Source of the DNA: a bacterium
GTDB lineage: Bacteria; Methylomirabilota; Methylomirabilia; CAVQYV01
Reading direction: 5' to 3'
Length of the DNA: 26,556 nt
Assembly: GCA_043800755.1 (NCBI GenBank)
Contig: JAZDMQ010000007.1
Span: 1-26,556 of the forward strand
Part shown: piece after piece, positions 1 to 8,455 of the stretch
Layout of the letters: each line of letters opens with the position of its first letter
Numbering within the stretch: the first letter of the stretch is position 1
The notes under the pieces: model-generated
The model's database searches: none
Seen by the model: the letters and a program-made list of their open reading frames with translations, nothing else
What the model was told of the DNA's origin: nothing
Made by a program: the position numbers and the translations under genes

Positions 1-188
1 TTCTCCGATTAGCCGAATCTCCCTCTTGCTTCAGGGTGATCTCCTTCCATTGGCAGCAGATCGTCAGGGGAATTGAGGGTGAGCCTTCGGAAGGCGTGAG
101 AAAGGCCGCTGGTAAGGCCCCATCAAATTTTTCTTTAAATCTGGAGGGGGAATGAGGTATAAAGATTGATTCGGAACGGAGGGAACGC

Positions 189-1676
189 GTGAGGACCACG
201 GGCGGGTTAGATCAAGAGGAGAGGCTCTATCGCTGCTTGTTCTGGATGGCGGTCGCTGCCTCGGCCATTATCTTCTTCTGGGGGATCTGGGCACTACCCA
301 TCCTTTCCTTGAACGAAGGGAGAAGGATGCTGGTGGTGAGGGAGATGTTGTCCGGCGGGAACTGGCTCCTCCCCACCATGGGAGGGAAGGTCTACATCAC
401 CAAACCCCCTTTGTTCTACTGGGTCGCTGGCCTCTTCGGCCTCCTCTTCCGCACCTCTGCCGAGTGGGTGGTCAGGCTCCCCTCCGCAGCCAGCGCCCTC
501 TTCCTCACCTGGTTTACCTATTCCCGGATCGAGAAGTATGCGGGGCGCTGGCCGGCCCTCTTTTCCGCCATCATCCTGATTACCTCCTACAAGTTTACCC
601 TCTATGCCCGGCGAGCGGAGATCGAGATGCTGCTGGCCCTCTGCTGCACGGTGGCGATGTTCCTCTTCCTCGATTACCTGAAAAGGCCTGAGGTCCGCTG
701 GCCGCTCTATCTCTCCTATTTCTTTTGGGGGTTGGCCTTCCTGACCAAGGGCCCGGCGATCCTCCCCTTCTTCCCCCTCCCCCTACTCCTCTTATGGCTG
801 ATCCGCCGCGACAAGAACATCCTCAAGGGCCTCTTCTCACTCAAGGGATGGGTCCTCTTCGCCCTGGTCGCCTTCCCCTGGTATATCTACACCTTCCTTA
901 AATTGGGTGGGGGCCGCTGGGAATGGTTCTTCGAGAAGGATATCCTCGGAAAGACCTATTGGGCCAAGGAAAGGGACCCCCTCTATCAATACCTATTGGA
1001 TCCGGTGGTCAACTTCCTCCCCTGGGTCCTCCTTATCTTCTATAAGACCAGGGACCGCCTGAGAGGATTATCGGCCAGCCTGGATGCCCTTTTCTGGGGC
1101 TGTTGGTTCCTGGTGCCCTTCATTCTCGTGGGGAGCTGTGCGATCAAACACGCCAAGTACATCCTGCCCCTCTTCCCGGCGGTGGCCGCCATTTTGGGGG
1201 GCTGGAGCGCCAGTGCCTACTCTGACCTGAGGAAGCGAATAGGGAAAAAGGCCGATCGGACAGCCCTCCTGGTGGTGGGGGGACTGCTCCTGGGATGGTC
1301 CCTCTACTACGCCCTGGCGGAGCCGCATCTTTTCAATTACCGTTATAGCTGCATCAAGCCCATGATCGAGAAGGTCAGGCAGGTGCAAGGCAGCGCCCCT
1401 CTGCTCTTCTACAACCGCAAGCATGAGAGGCTCATCTATTATTACCAGAAGCCCATCTCCCACCTTCATGAGGAGAAGCTGGACAAGATGCTTGCAAGCG
1501 GGGCTTCCTTCTTGCTGATTGCGGAAGATAAGGATTGGAAGGAATTGGAGGGCAAGGGGCTGTGTGTGCTGGCCGAGTATAAGCCCTTTCTCCAACGCAA
1601 CAAGGCGGCCCGCCTCTTCGGAAGCCCGGACTTCTGCAAAGAGGGAGGGGCGGATCCCGGGGCTCTACGAGAGTGA
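189..1676 (+). CDS. ArnT/PMT-family (GT-C) integral membrane glycosyltransferase
   Basis: 495 aa, many TM segments; family motifs NEGRR..VVREMLSGGNWLLP, KPPLFYW, RLPSA, LTKGP, PWY, FLPW, KYILPLFP; GTG start after GGAGGG. Confidence 0.85.
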   Translation: MRTTGGLDQEERLYRCLFWMAVAASAIIFFWGIWALPILSLNEGRRMLVVREMLSGGNWLLPTMGGKVYITKPPLFYWVAGLFGLLFRTSAEWVVRLPSAASALFLTWFTYSRIEKYAGRWPALFSAIILITSYKFTLYARRAEIEMLLALCCTVAMFLFLDYLKRPEVRWPLYLSYFFWGLAFLTKGPAILPFFPLPLLLLWLIRRDKNILKGLFSLKGWVLFALVAFPWYIYTFLKLGGGRWEWFFEKDILGKTYWAKERDPLYQYLLDPVVNFLPWVLLIFYKTRDRLRGLSASLDALFWGCWFLVPFILVGSCAIKHAKYILPLFPAVAAILGGWSASAYSDLRKRIGKKADRTALLVVGGLLLGWSLYYALAEPHLFNYRYSCIKPMIEKVRQVQGSAPLLFYNRKHERLIYYYQKPISHLHEEKLDKMLASGASFLLIAEDKDWKELEGKGLCVLAEYKPFLQRNKAARLFGSPDFCKEGGADPGALRE

Positions 1677-1737
1677 AGGGCGAGGGGGATTCCCCTTCCC
1701 GGAAGCCTGTAGTCGAGTTTCCCATGAGGTAACTTGT

Positions 1738-2928
1738 ATGGTCGGTTGGGAGCACGCCATCGGCGATTACCACCTGGGCAAGGACCAGTTCCTCTCGGAC
1801 CTAGTGGAGGCGGTGGAATTCCAGGTCGCGCACTGCGAAATCTATCGCTTCCTCTGTGCCCGCCAGGGCTTTTCGCCCTCCCGGGATTTGAGGCAGGAGG
1901 CGGATCTCGCCCCGATCCCCTATCTCACCTCCAACGCCTTCAAGGAATCCCGGCGCCTTTACGAGCGCCTACTTACCCTCCCCCCGGACCGGATCACCCA
2001 CTGGACGACCTCGAGCGGCACCAGCGGGGATCGCAGCGTGGTGGGCCGCACCGGGGCGGAGATGGCGGCCTACCGGGCTGCCTACCGGGTGGGATTCTCA
2101 GAATACGCCGGCCATGCGGCCTTTGATGAGACCCTCCTCTTCTTTCCCGATCCCGGCCAGGTGATCGGAAGAGGGGGACAATTGCGGCAAGGGACCATCG
2201 AGCCCTTTGGCATCTTCGTGGGCTACGAGGCAGGCGATCTCCGGGAGGGGGCCAGCCGATCTTACCTCCCTCAATGGGATCCCGCCCGACAGGATTTCGT
2301 CGTGCATGGGCCGGCCCTGTTCGATCAGCTGCGGAGGCTGGATTCCGCGGGGAAGACCGTCTATCTGGGCGGCGCACCCGCCATCGTCGGCTCGATCTTG
2401 GGCCAGCATCAGCAGAGCCGGGAGACCTTCTCCTTTGGAAGGCGGTGCAAGCTCCAGTTCGGGAGCGGGGGATGGGAGGCTGTGCGAGGGCTGCTCGGGG
2501 TCAGCAAGGGACAGGCCAAGGCCGAGCTGGTGAGCCGACTGTGCGCGATTCTGGGAATCCGGGATCCAGCCCTGGTGGACGATAGCTACGGCGCCACCGA
2601 GACCCCGGGCGCCCTGATGGGACATTTCTCCCCTCGTTATGGGGATTTCATCTTCCATCAGCCGCCCTGGCTGCGGTTGATCGTGCGCCATCCCCAGACC
2701 CTGGCCCCGGTGACCGAGGCCGGCGGCGCGGGCCTGCTGGAGGTCATCATGCCCTACGGCGCAGGCAGTTATGCGGGCGTGGCGATCCTGTTGGATGATG
2801 TGGCGGAGATGGTCTCCCAGCAGGCCTGCCCGGAGTGCGGACGGCCCGGGATGGCGATCCGCATCCTGGGCCGAGCGGTGGAGGGTTCAGGCGGCGGCCG
2901 TGGCTGCGGGGCGATCACGGGAGGCTGA
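1738..2928 (+). CDS. LuxE-like acyl-protein synthetase (ANL/PaaK-LuxE family), copy 1
   Basis: TTSSGTSG P-loop, IPYLTSNAFK, GGW, DSYGATE, GLLEV..PY..SYAG..IL.DD, CPECGR, C-terminal RGC (Cys codon 2905). Start moved from the ORF-track 1519 to ATG 1738 (GAGGT RBS; aligns with the copy 2 N-terminus). Confidence 0.82.
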   Translation: MVGWEHAIGDYHLGKDQFLSDLVEAVEFQVAHCEIYRFLCARQGFSPSRDLRQEADLAPIPYLTSNAFKESRRLYERLLTLPPDRITHWTTSSGTSGDRSVVGRTGAEMAAYRAAYRVGFSEYAGHAAFDETLLFFPDPGQVIGRGGQLRQGTIEPFGIFVGYEAGDLREGASRSYLPQWDPARQDFVVHGPALFDQLRRLDSAGKTVYLGGAPAIVGSILGQHQQSRETFSFGRRCKLQFGSGGWEAVRGLLGVSKGQAKAELVSRLCAILGIRDPALVDDSYGATETPGALMGHFSPRYGDFIFHQPPWLRLIVRHPQTLAPVTEAGGAGLLEVIMPYGAGSYAGVAILLDDVAEMVSQQACPECGRPGMAIRILGRAVEGSGGGRGCGAITGG

Positions 2929-2937
2929 GGCAGAGAC

Positions 2938-4359
2938 ATGAAAGAGCAGAGACAGACCTACACCCTAAAACCCTTCGGCCTGGAGGCGAGCCACGGGCAG
3001 GAATTGTGGATGGAGCACGGGCCCTTGGCCCTTCGCCTGGTCGCCGTCTCGCCCGAGGAGATCGCAGGGGTTGCCTCCCGGCTCAAGAGACAGGTCGAAC
3101 ACGCCCATGCCCGACCTTTGGCCCAGAATATCGAGGCCCTCCGCCAGGTGGGCCTGCTCTGGTCAAACCATTCCTACCCGCCCCGTCAAGAGGCCTTGCA
3201 GGTCCTGCCGGCCCTGACCCACCTCTCCCCTTCCATGGTGGAGGCCGAGATGGGAGAGCTATGTCGGCTCCTCCGTCCCGAGACGCTCTATCGCTGGATG
3301 GAGCGAGAACTGGGGACCTCCAGTGTGATGGAGTCCTGGCTGGAATCGGATGCCTTCCTGATCCACCGCCAGCCACGAGGACTGATCTTTCATAACCTCT
3401 CAGGAAATGCCTTCCTCCTGCCGGCCCTGTGCATCCTCTTCGGCCTGTTGACCAAAAACACCACCCTCCTGAAGCTGGCCACTGCCGAGCCCTATTTCGG
3501 GATCCGCTTTGCCGAAAGCCTGCGGGAGGTGAGCCCGGAGGTGGCCGAGGATATCGCGGTGCTCTATTGGGCCGGGCAGGACGAGGCCTGCTATCATGCC
3601 CTATTCCAGCAAGGGCTAGGGGCGGTGGTCGCCTGGGGGGATCGCCGTGCGGTCCAGGCCCTCTCCATCTATGCGGGTCAGTTCCGCACCCGCTTCATCG
3701 ATCATGGGGCCCGCTTGGGGATCGCCCTCATCGACCGCCTCCGCCGGGAAGAGCTGGCCCCGGTGACCCAGGCCTTAGCGAAGGACATTGTGCCTTGGGA
3801 GGGGTATGCCTGCATCTCCCCGCCCTTCCTCTTCGTGGTGGAGGGGGAAGTCTCGGCCCTGGAATTTGCCGAGGCCCTCTTATCGAGCATGGAGGCCCTG
3901 CGGAGCGAATCGAGCCCCGCCTCAAACCAGCCCGACATCCCTCGCACCTCCGCCCTCATCGCCAACCGGGAGTACTATTTCTTCCAACTGGAGGCGGAGG
4001 GCCGGGGGAAGGTGCTCAGCTCATCCGCCACCGGGACCACGGTGATCTACTCCGAGCGCCCCCCCACCCTGAAAGACCTGGAGCTCTGCTCCGGCCATAT
4101 GGTCATGGTCTGCCGGGCGAGCCGCCTGGAGGAGGTCCATTCCACCCTGGCGGAGCATGGCCTGGGCGACTACTGTCAAGCAGTCGCCTTTTATGGGCGG
4201 GAAGATGAGTCCCACGAGCTCCTGGATCGACTGACCCTGGCGGGCATCTCCCACATCGGTCGGCCGGGAGGCCTGAACGACAAGGAGGTCGGTTTCTCCC
4301 ACGATGGGATATGGAACCTGCAAGAGTTGACGCGCCTCGTCACCCGGAGTCGCCCATGA
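2938..4359 (+). CDS. LuxC-like acyl-CoA/acyl-protein reductase, copy 1
   Basis: QPRGLIFHNLSGN, LLTKNTTLLK, VLYW, AWG, YACISP (putative catalytic Cys codon 3811), C-terminal HDG..L..L. Confidence 0.85.
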   Translation: MKEQRQTYTLKPFGLEASHGQELWMEHGPLALRLVAVSPEEIAGVASRLKRQVEHAHARPLAQNIEALRQVGLLWSNHSYPPRQEALQVLPALTHLSPSMVEAEMGELCRLLRPETLYRWMERELGTSSVMESWLESDAFLIHRQPRGLIFHNLSGNAFLLPALCILFGLLTKNTTLLKLATAEPYFGIRFAESLREVSPEVAEDIAVLYWAGQDEACYHALFQQGLGAVVAWGDRRAVQALSIYAGQFRTRFIDHGARLGIALIDRLRREELAPVTQALAKDIVPWEGYACISPPFLFVVEGEVSALEFAEALLSSMEALRSESSPASNQPDIPRTSALIANREYYFFQLEAEGRGKVLSSSATGTTVIYSERPPTLKDLELCSGHMVMVCRASRLEEVHSTLAEHGLGDYCQAVAFYGREDESHELLDRLTLAGISHIGRPGGLNDKEVGFSHDGIWNLQELTRLVTRSRP

Positions 4360-7199
4360 AACTCGACTCAAACCCCGGCCCCGGCCAGGGCCATGGAGAG
4401 AGAGGGAAAGATCCCAGGATCATTTCCCTGGAGCCCTGCGCCCCGTTTTCCCTTCAGGGAAGGGAATGCCGCCTGGCCTGTCCCGGTCTTGAGCTCGTCT
4501 ATCCCGAGGCCTCTGCCCCGGAGGTGGTAGCCGTGGTGGAGGCTTTGAAGGCGCGCCGAGGCGCGGCCCACGACCGCCCTCTCCGGGAAACCCTGGAGGC
4601 CCTGGACCGCCTCGGCCGGCTCTGGGGCGAGGAGGGCTCCCCCTGGCGGCGGGAGGCCCTGGAGGTCCTGCCCGATCTGACCCGTCAGTCCCGGGAGATG
4701 GTCAAGCACGAGCTGGACATGGTCTGTCAGCTCCTCTGGCGAGCCAACTTGCGGGAGTGGATCGTGCGGGAATTGGGCAGCATGGAGATCCTGGAGGACT
4801 GGGTGGAGGCGGGAGAGGTGATGGTGCACCGCCAGCCGCGAGGGCTCATCTTCTTCAACCTGGCGGGGAACGCCTTCATCCTCTCCGCCCTGAGCATCCT
4901 TTTCGCCCTGCTAAGCAAGAACGTGGCCCTCCTCAAGCTCTCCTCCGAGGAGCCCTACTTTGGGGTGCGCTTCGCCCAGAGCCTGCACCAGGTCCATCCC
5001 GACCTCGCTCAGGATGTGGCGGTCCTCTATTGGCCCGGGGACAGCCAGGAGACCTACCAGGCCCTCTTCGGAGCGGGGTTGGGGGCAGCGGTTGCCTGGG
5101 GGGAGGCCGCCTCGGTCAGGAAGATGGCCCTGCTGGCAGCTCAGCACCGCACCCATTTCGTGGACCACGGCCCCAAGTTCGGCCTGGAGGTCATCCAGAA
5201 TCCCTCGCACCAGGATGCGCGTCCCTTGGCCTATAATGTGGCCTTGGACATCGTGCCCTGGGAGCAGTACGCCTGCCTTTCCCCCCGGGTGGTCTTCGTC
5301 CAGGACGGGGAGGTGGCCGCCGAGGCCTTTGCCCAGCTCCTGGCCGAGGAGATGGAGCGGGTCTCCCAGGAGCTGCCCAACGACAAGATCGATTGCCGGC
5401 GGGCCTCCCCCGTCCTCTCTAACCGTGAATACTATCTCATCCAATTGGAGATGGCTGGCCTGGGCCGCCTCTTCGTGTCAGAGGGGGCCAACTGGACCGT
5501 GGTCTATTCGAGCATCATGCCCACCGCGGCCGACCTCGATGCCTGCCAGGGGCGGTTCATCATCGTCTGCCGGATTGAAGATCCAAAAGAGGTGCTGGCC
5601 TTCATGGATGAGAATCGCCTGGGGCCCTATCTGCAGACCATGAGCTACCAGGGGGCCGATCTCGACTTCATCCAGGCCGCCACCCTCCGGGGGATCTCGG
5701 ATGTGACCCTGCCCGGCCAGGTGAATGTGAAGCCCCTCGGCTCTTCCCACGATGGCCTGTACAACCTGGCCGAGCTAACCTATGTCGCCTCCCGCAAAAG
5801 GACCGTGGCGGAAAAGGGGGCCCGTCTGACCTGGGATGAGGAGGTCGCACAGCGCTTCGCGGGGATGCTGGAGCTCACCCCCAATCTCTTTCGCGAGGTG
5901 GCCAAGGAGACGGTCTCCGAGGTGGCAGAGGCCAACGCCCGGAGCCGGGGCGCGACTTCCGTAGAGGAATGGGACCTGGTGCACGCCTACCTGCAGAAGA
6001 CCCCGGAGGTGTTTCAACCTCAGGTCATGGAGAATGCGATCGCCGTGGGCATCGACATGGAGCGGTACCTGACCAGGGAACGGATCCTGCAGATGCAGGG
6101 CCTCTCCCGCAGGATGGCCTGGGATCAGGTGCAGCGCCAGTTTCATCCGGATGTGACCTGGTTCGAGTGGTGCATCACGCCCCGCTGCAACCTGCGATGC
6201 CGCTACTGCTACGAAGAGGCGGGGGCGGAAAGTGCAGGCCGGACAGAGAGGGAGCTGACCACCGGCGAGGCCATTCACATCCTTCGTTCCCTGGGGCATG
6301 CTGCCCGGGAGCTGGATCGGCAGTTCGTGATCTGCTGGTCCGGGGGCAAGCCGCTCTTGCGGCAGGACCTGTTAGGGCTGGTCGCCTGCGCCCGGGAGGA
6401 AGGGATGTTGAACAGCATTGCCACCAATGGCGCTCTGCTCACCCCGGAGCTGGCCCATCGCCTGCGGGAGCTGGAGGTAGCAAATGTCCTGATCAGCGTG
6501 GATAGCCTGGAGCCGGAGATCCACGACGAGCTCCGGGGAAAAGGCAGCCATTCCCGCGCCCTGCAGGCGATCGAGCATTGCCGGAGGGCAGGCCTGCTGG
6601 TCATGGTGGAGACCGTGGCCACCCGCCACAACTGGCAGGAGATCGGCAAGCTGAAGCGCTGGGCGGAGGAAGAGGCGGGGTCCCTCTTCTTCTATCGGCC
6701 TGCCTTGCAGGTGGGGCGGGCGCGGGAGAGCGAGATCCTGATGAGCCCGGAGCAATACCGGAGCCTCTATGACGAGCGAAACCGCGAGGTCTTCGACCGG
6801 CTGAAGAGGGGCAAGGCAACCTCCATCCCCCTTTTCTCCATCTTCGATCTGGTGCCCTTTGCCCACACCCCGGCCACCCAGAAGGAACGGGAGCACTTGG
6901 AATGGGGCGTGGGCTGCCAGGCCTGCCGGCTGATCCATGGCATCTCCGCCTCCGGCGACCTCCTGCCCTGCATCCGCCTCAAGCTCCCCTTGGGCAATTT
7001 GCTCCAGGAGGACTTCGTCAAGATCTCGGAGAAGGAGATCTATCGTCGTATCGCCCTGCGCAAGGGGCGAGGCGGCCCTTGTGGCGACTGCTCACATGTC
7101 GAGCTCTGCGGCGGGGGGTGCCTGGCCGAGGTGATGGCGCTCGCCGGCGATCCCTTCGCAGGCTGGGAGCGGTGCTGGCTTCGAAAGAGAAAGGAATGA
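4356..7199 (+). CDS. Fusion: LuxC-like acyl reductase + small helical DUF2621/PCP_red-like domain + radical SAM/SPASM enzyme
   Basis: Single 947-aa frame from ATG 4356 (ATGA overlap with the upstream stop). LuxC motifs QPRGLIFFNLAGN, YACLSP, HDG to about 5800; W-x-E..TPNLFREVAK..YLQKTP..GID linker about 5826-6070; CNLRCRYC at 6186-6209, SGGKP, ATNG, ISVDS; SPASM CQAC..GDLLPC..LGNL..CGDC-x5-C-GGG-C..C. Confidence 0.88.
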   Translation: MKLDSNPGPGQGHGERGKDPRIISLEPCAPFSLQGRECRLACPGLELVYPEASAPEVVAVVEALKARRGAAHDRPLRETLEALDRLGRLWGEEGSPWRREALEVLPDLTRQSREMVKHELDMVCQLLWRANLREWIVRELGSMEILEDWVEAGEVMVHRQPRGLIFFNLAGNAFILSALSILFALLSKNVALLKLSSEEPYFGVRFAQSLHQVHPDLAQDVAVLYWPGDSQETYQALFGAGLGAAVAWGEAASVRKMALLAAQHRTHFVDHGPKFGLEVIQNPSHQDARPLAYNVALDIVPWEQYACLSPRVVFVQDGEVAAEAFAQLLAEEMERVSQELPNDKIDCRRASPVLSNREYYLIQLEMAGLGRLFVSEGANWTVVYSSIMPTAADLDACQGRFIIVCRIEDPKEVLAFMDENRLGPYLQTMSYQGADLDFIQAATLRGISDVTLPGQVNVKPLGSSHDGLYNLAELTYVASRKRTVAEKGARLTWDEEVAQRFAGMLELTPNLFREVAKETVSEVAEANARSRGATSVEEWDLVHAYLQKTPEVFQPQVMENAIAVGIDMERYLTRERILQMQGLSRRMAWDQVQRQFHPDVTWFEWCITPRCNLRCRYCYEEAGAESAGRTERELTTGEAIHILRSLGHAARELDRQFVICWSGGKPLLRQDLLGLVACAREEGMLNSIATNGALLTPELAHRLRELEVANVLISVDSLEPEIHDELRGKGSHSRALQAIEHCRRAGLLVMVETVATRHNWQEIGKLKRWAEEEAGSLFFYRPALQVGRARESEILMSPEQYRSLYDERNREVFDRLKRGKATSIPLFSIFDLVPFAHTPATQKEREHLEWGVGCQACRLIHGISASGDLLPCIRLKLPLGNLLQEDFVKISEKEIYRRIALRKGRGGPCGDCSHVELCGGGCLAEVMALAGDPFAGWERCWLRKRKE

Positions 7200-7204
7200 G
7201 TCAC

Positions 7205-8410
7205 ATGAATCAGATCGTCAATCGGATCGGAGACTTCTCCTTGACCCCCGAGCAATTCTTCGCTGACCTGCAGGCGACGACCATGGCCCAGTTTCAGGAG
7301 TGCGCTGCCTACCGTGCCCTTTGTCAACGCCACGGCTTTGACCCGGATCGGGACTTGCAGCGGCCCGGGGATGAGGTGAAGATTCCCTGGATCACCTCCA
7401 ACAGCTTCAAGCGGTCTCATCAACTCTTTACCAGGCTGCTGCGGAAGCCGCCCCCCGCCATCGAGACCTGGACCACCTCCAGCGGCACCAGCGGTGATCC
7501 GAGCATCGTGGGGCGAACCGGATCTGAGATGGCAGCCTACCGGGGGGCCTACCGGGCCGCCTTCTCCCATGTCGCCGGCAGGGAGAAATGGGATGTGAGC
7601 CTCCTTTTCTGGCCCGATCCCGACCCGATCCTGGCCCGCAGCGAGCCCTTGATGAACGGGAAGGTGCAACCCTATGGCCTGCACATCGCCTTCGAGGCAG
7701 GGTTCACCCAAGACCCAGGCGCCCGCCGATTCGTGGCCCAATTCGACCCGCAGACCAGGCGCTTCTCCATCGACAGTGAGGTCGTCCTGGCCGCCCTGCA
7801 CCAGGCGGAGGAGGCCCAAAAGACGGTCTTCATCGGCGGCTCGCCCATCCTCATCTATCAGGCCCTGTATCGGTATGCCAGAGAGAGGGGTCACTCCTTC
7901 GCCTTTGGAGAGCGCTGCCAGGTGCAGTTCGGAGCCGGGGGATGGTCCGGGAGAAAAGGAAGCATGGTGGCCCAAGAGCCGATCCCCAAGGGCGAGTTCA
8001 TCCCCGCCCTGTGTAAGCTGCTGGGCATCGAATCCAGCCGTTCCGTCTACGACATGTGGGGCTCTACTGAGACCTCCTTCGCCATGCCCGCCCATTTCTC
8101 GGAGCCCCGGGGGGATTTCCTCTTTCATGCCCTTCCCTGGGCCCGGATCATCCTGCGAGATCCGCAGACGCTGGAGCCGATCGAGCGGCCGGAGGAAAAG
8201 GGACTCCTCGAGGTGCTGACCCCCTATGGCGTGGGCAGTTACGCCGGAGTGGCCATTCTGATCGACGATGTGCTGGAGTTAGTTGGGGCAGGAGATGGCC
8301 CGGACTGTGGCTTCGGCGACCGCTGGTTTCACTTCGTGGGCCGGGCCGAGGGAGCCGAGGCCAAAGGGTGCGGGGCCATGGCTGCTGATTGGGTGGAGGA
8401 GGGGTTGTAA
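7205..8410 (+). CDS. LuxE-like acyl-protein synthetase, copy 2
   Basis: Clear paralog of 1738-2928: TTSSGTSG, IPWITSNSFK, GGW, DMWGSTE, SYAGVAILIDD, C-terminal KGC (Cys codon 8369). Start ATG 7205 after AAGGA; alternative ATG 7196 overlaps the upstream stop. Confidence 0.82.
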   Translation: MNQIVNRIGDFSLTPEQFFADLQATTMAQFQECAAYRALCQRHGFDPDRDLQRPGDEVKIPWITSNSFKRSHQLFTRLLRKPPPAIETWTTSSGTSGDPSIVGRTGSEMAAYRGAYRAAFSHVAGREKWDVSLLFWPDPDPILARSEPLMNGKVQPYGLHIAFEAGFTQDPGARRFVAQFDPQTRRFSIDSEVVLAALHQAEEAQKTVFIGGSPILIYQALYRYARERGHSFAFGERCQVQFGAGGWSGRKGSMVAQEPIPKGEFIPALCKLLGIESSRSVYDMWGSTETSFAMPAHFSEPRGDFLFHALPWARIILRDPQTLEPIERPEEKGLLEVLTPYGVGSYAGVAILIDDVLELVGAGDGPDCGFGDRWFHFVGRAEGAEAKGCGAMAADWVEEGL

Positions 8411-8455
8411 GACTCTATCGAAAGAGGACCTCATCGAGGAAGGGGGTGGCAGCTC

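Noticed and set aside
1..188. Start of a divergent gene or a sigma-70 promoter at the left edge
   Set aside because: Only a short open frame and a weak TATAAA match; not supportable.
1519..1737. N-terminal extensions in the ORF track (1519, and similarly 4311, 6902, 12382, 20599, 21938)
   Set aside because: They overlap neighbouring genes or RNA elements; downstream starts have RBSs or stop/start coupling.
1738..8410. Bioluminescence (lux) operon
   Set aside because: No luxA/luxB luciferase or luxD in the window; only LuxC/LuxE-family similarity, so no lux gene symbols assigned.
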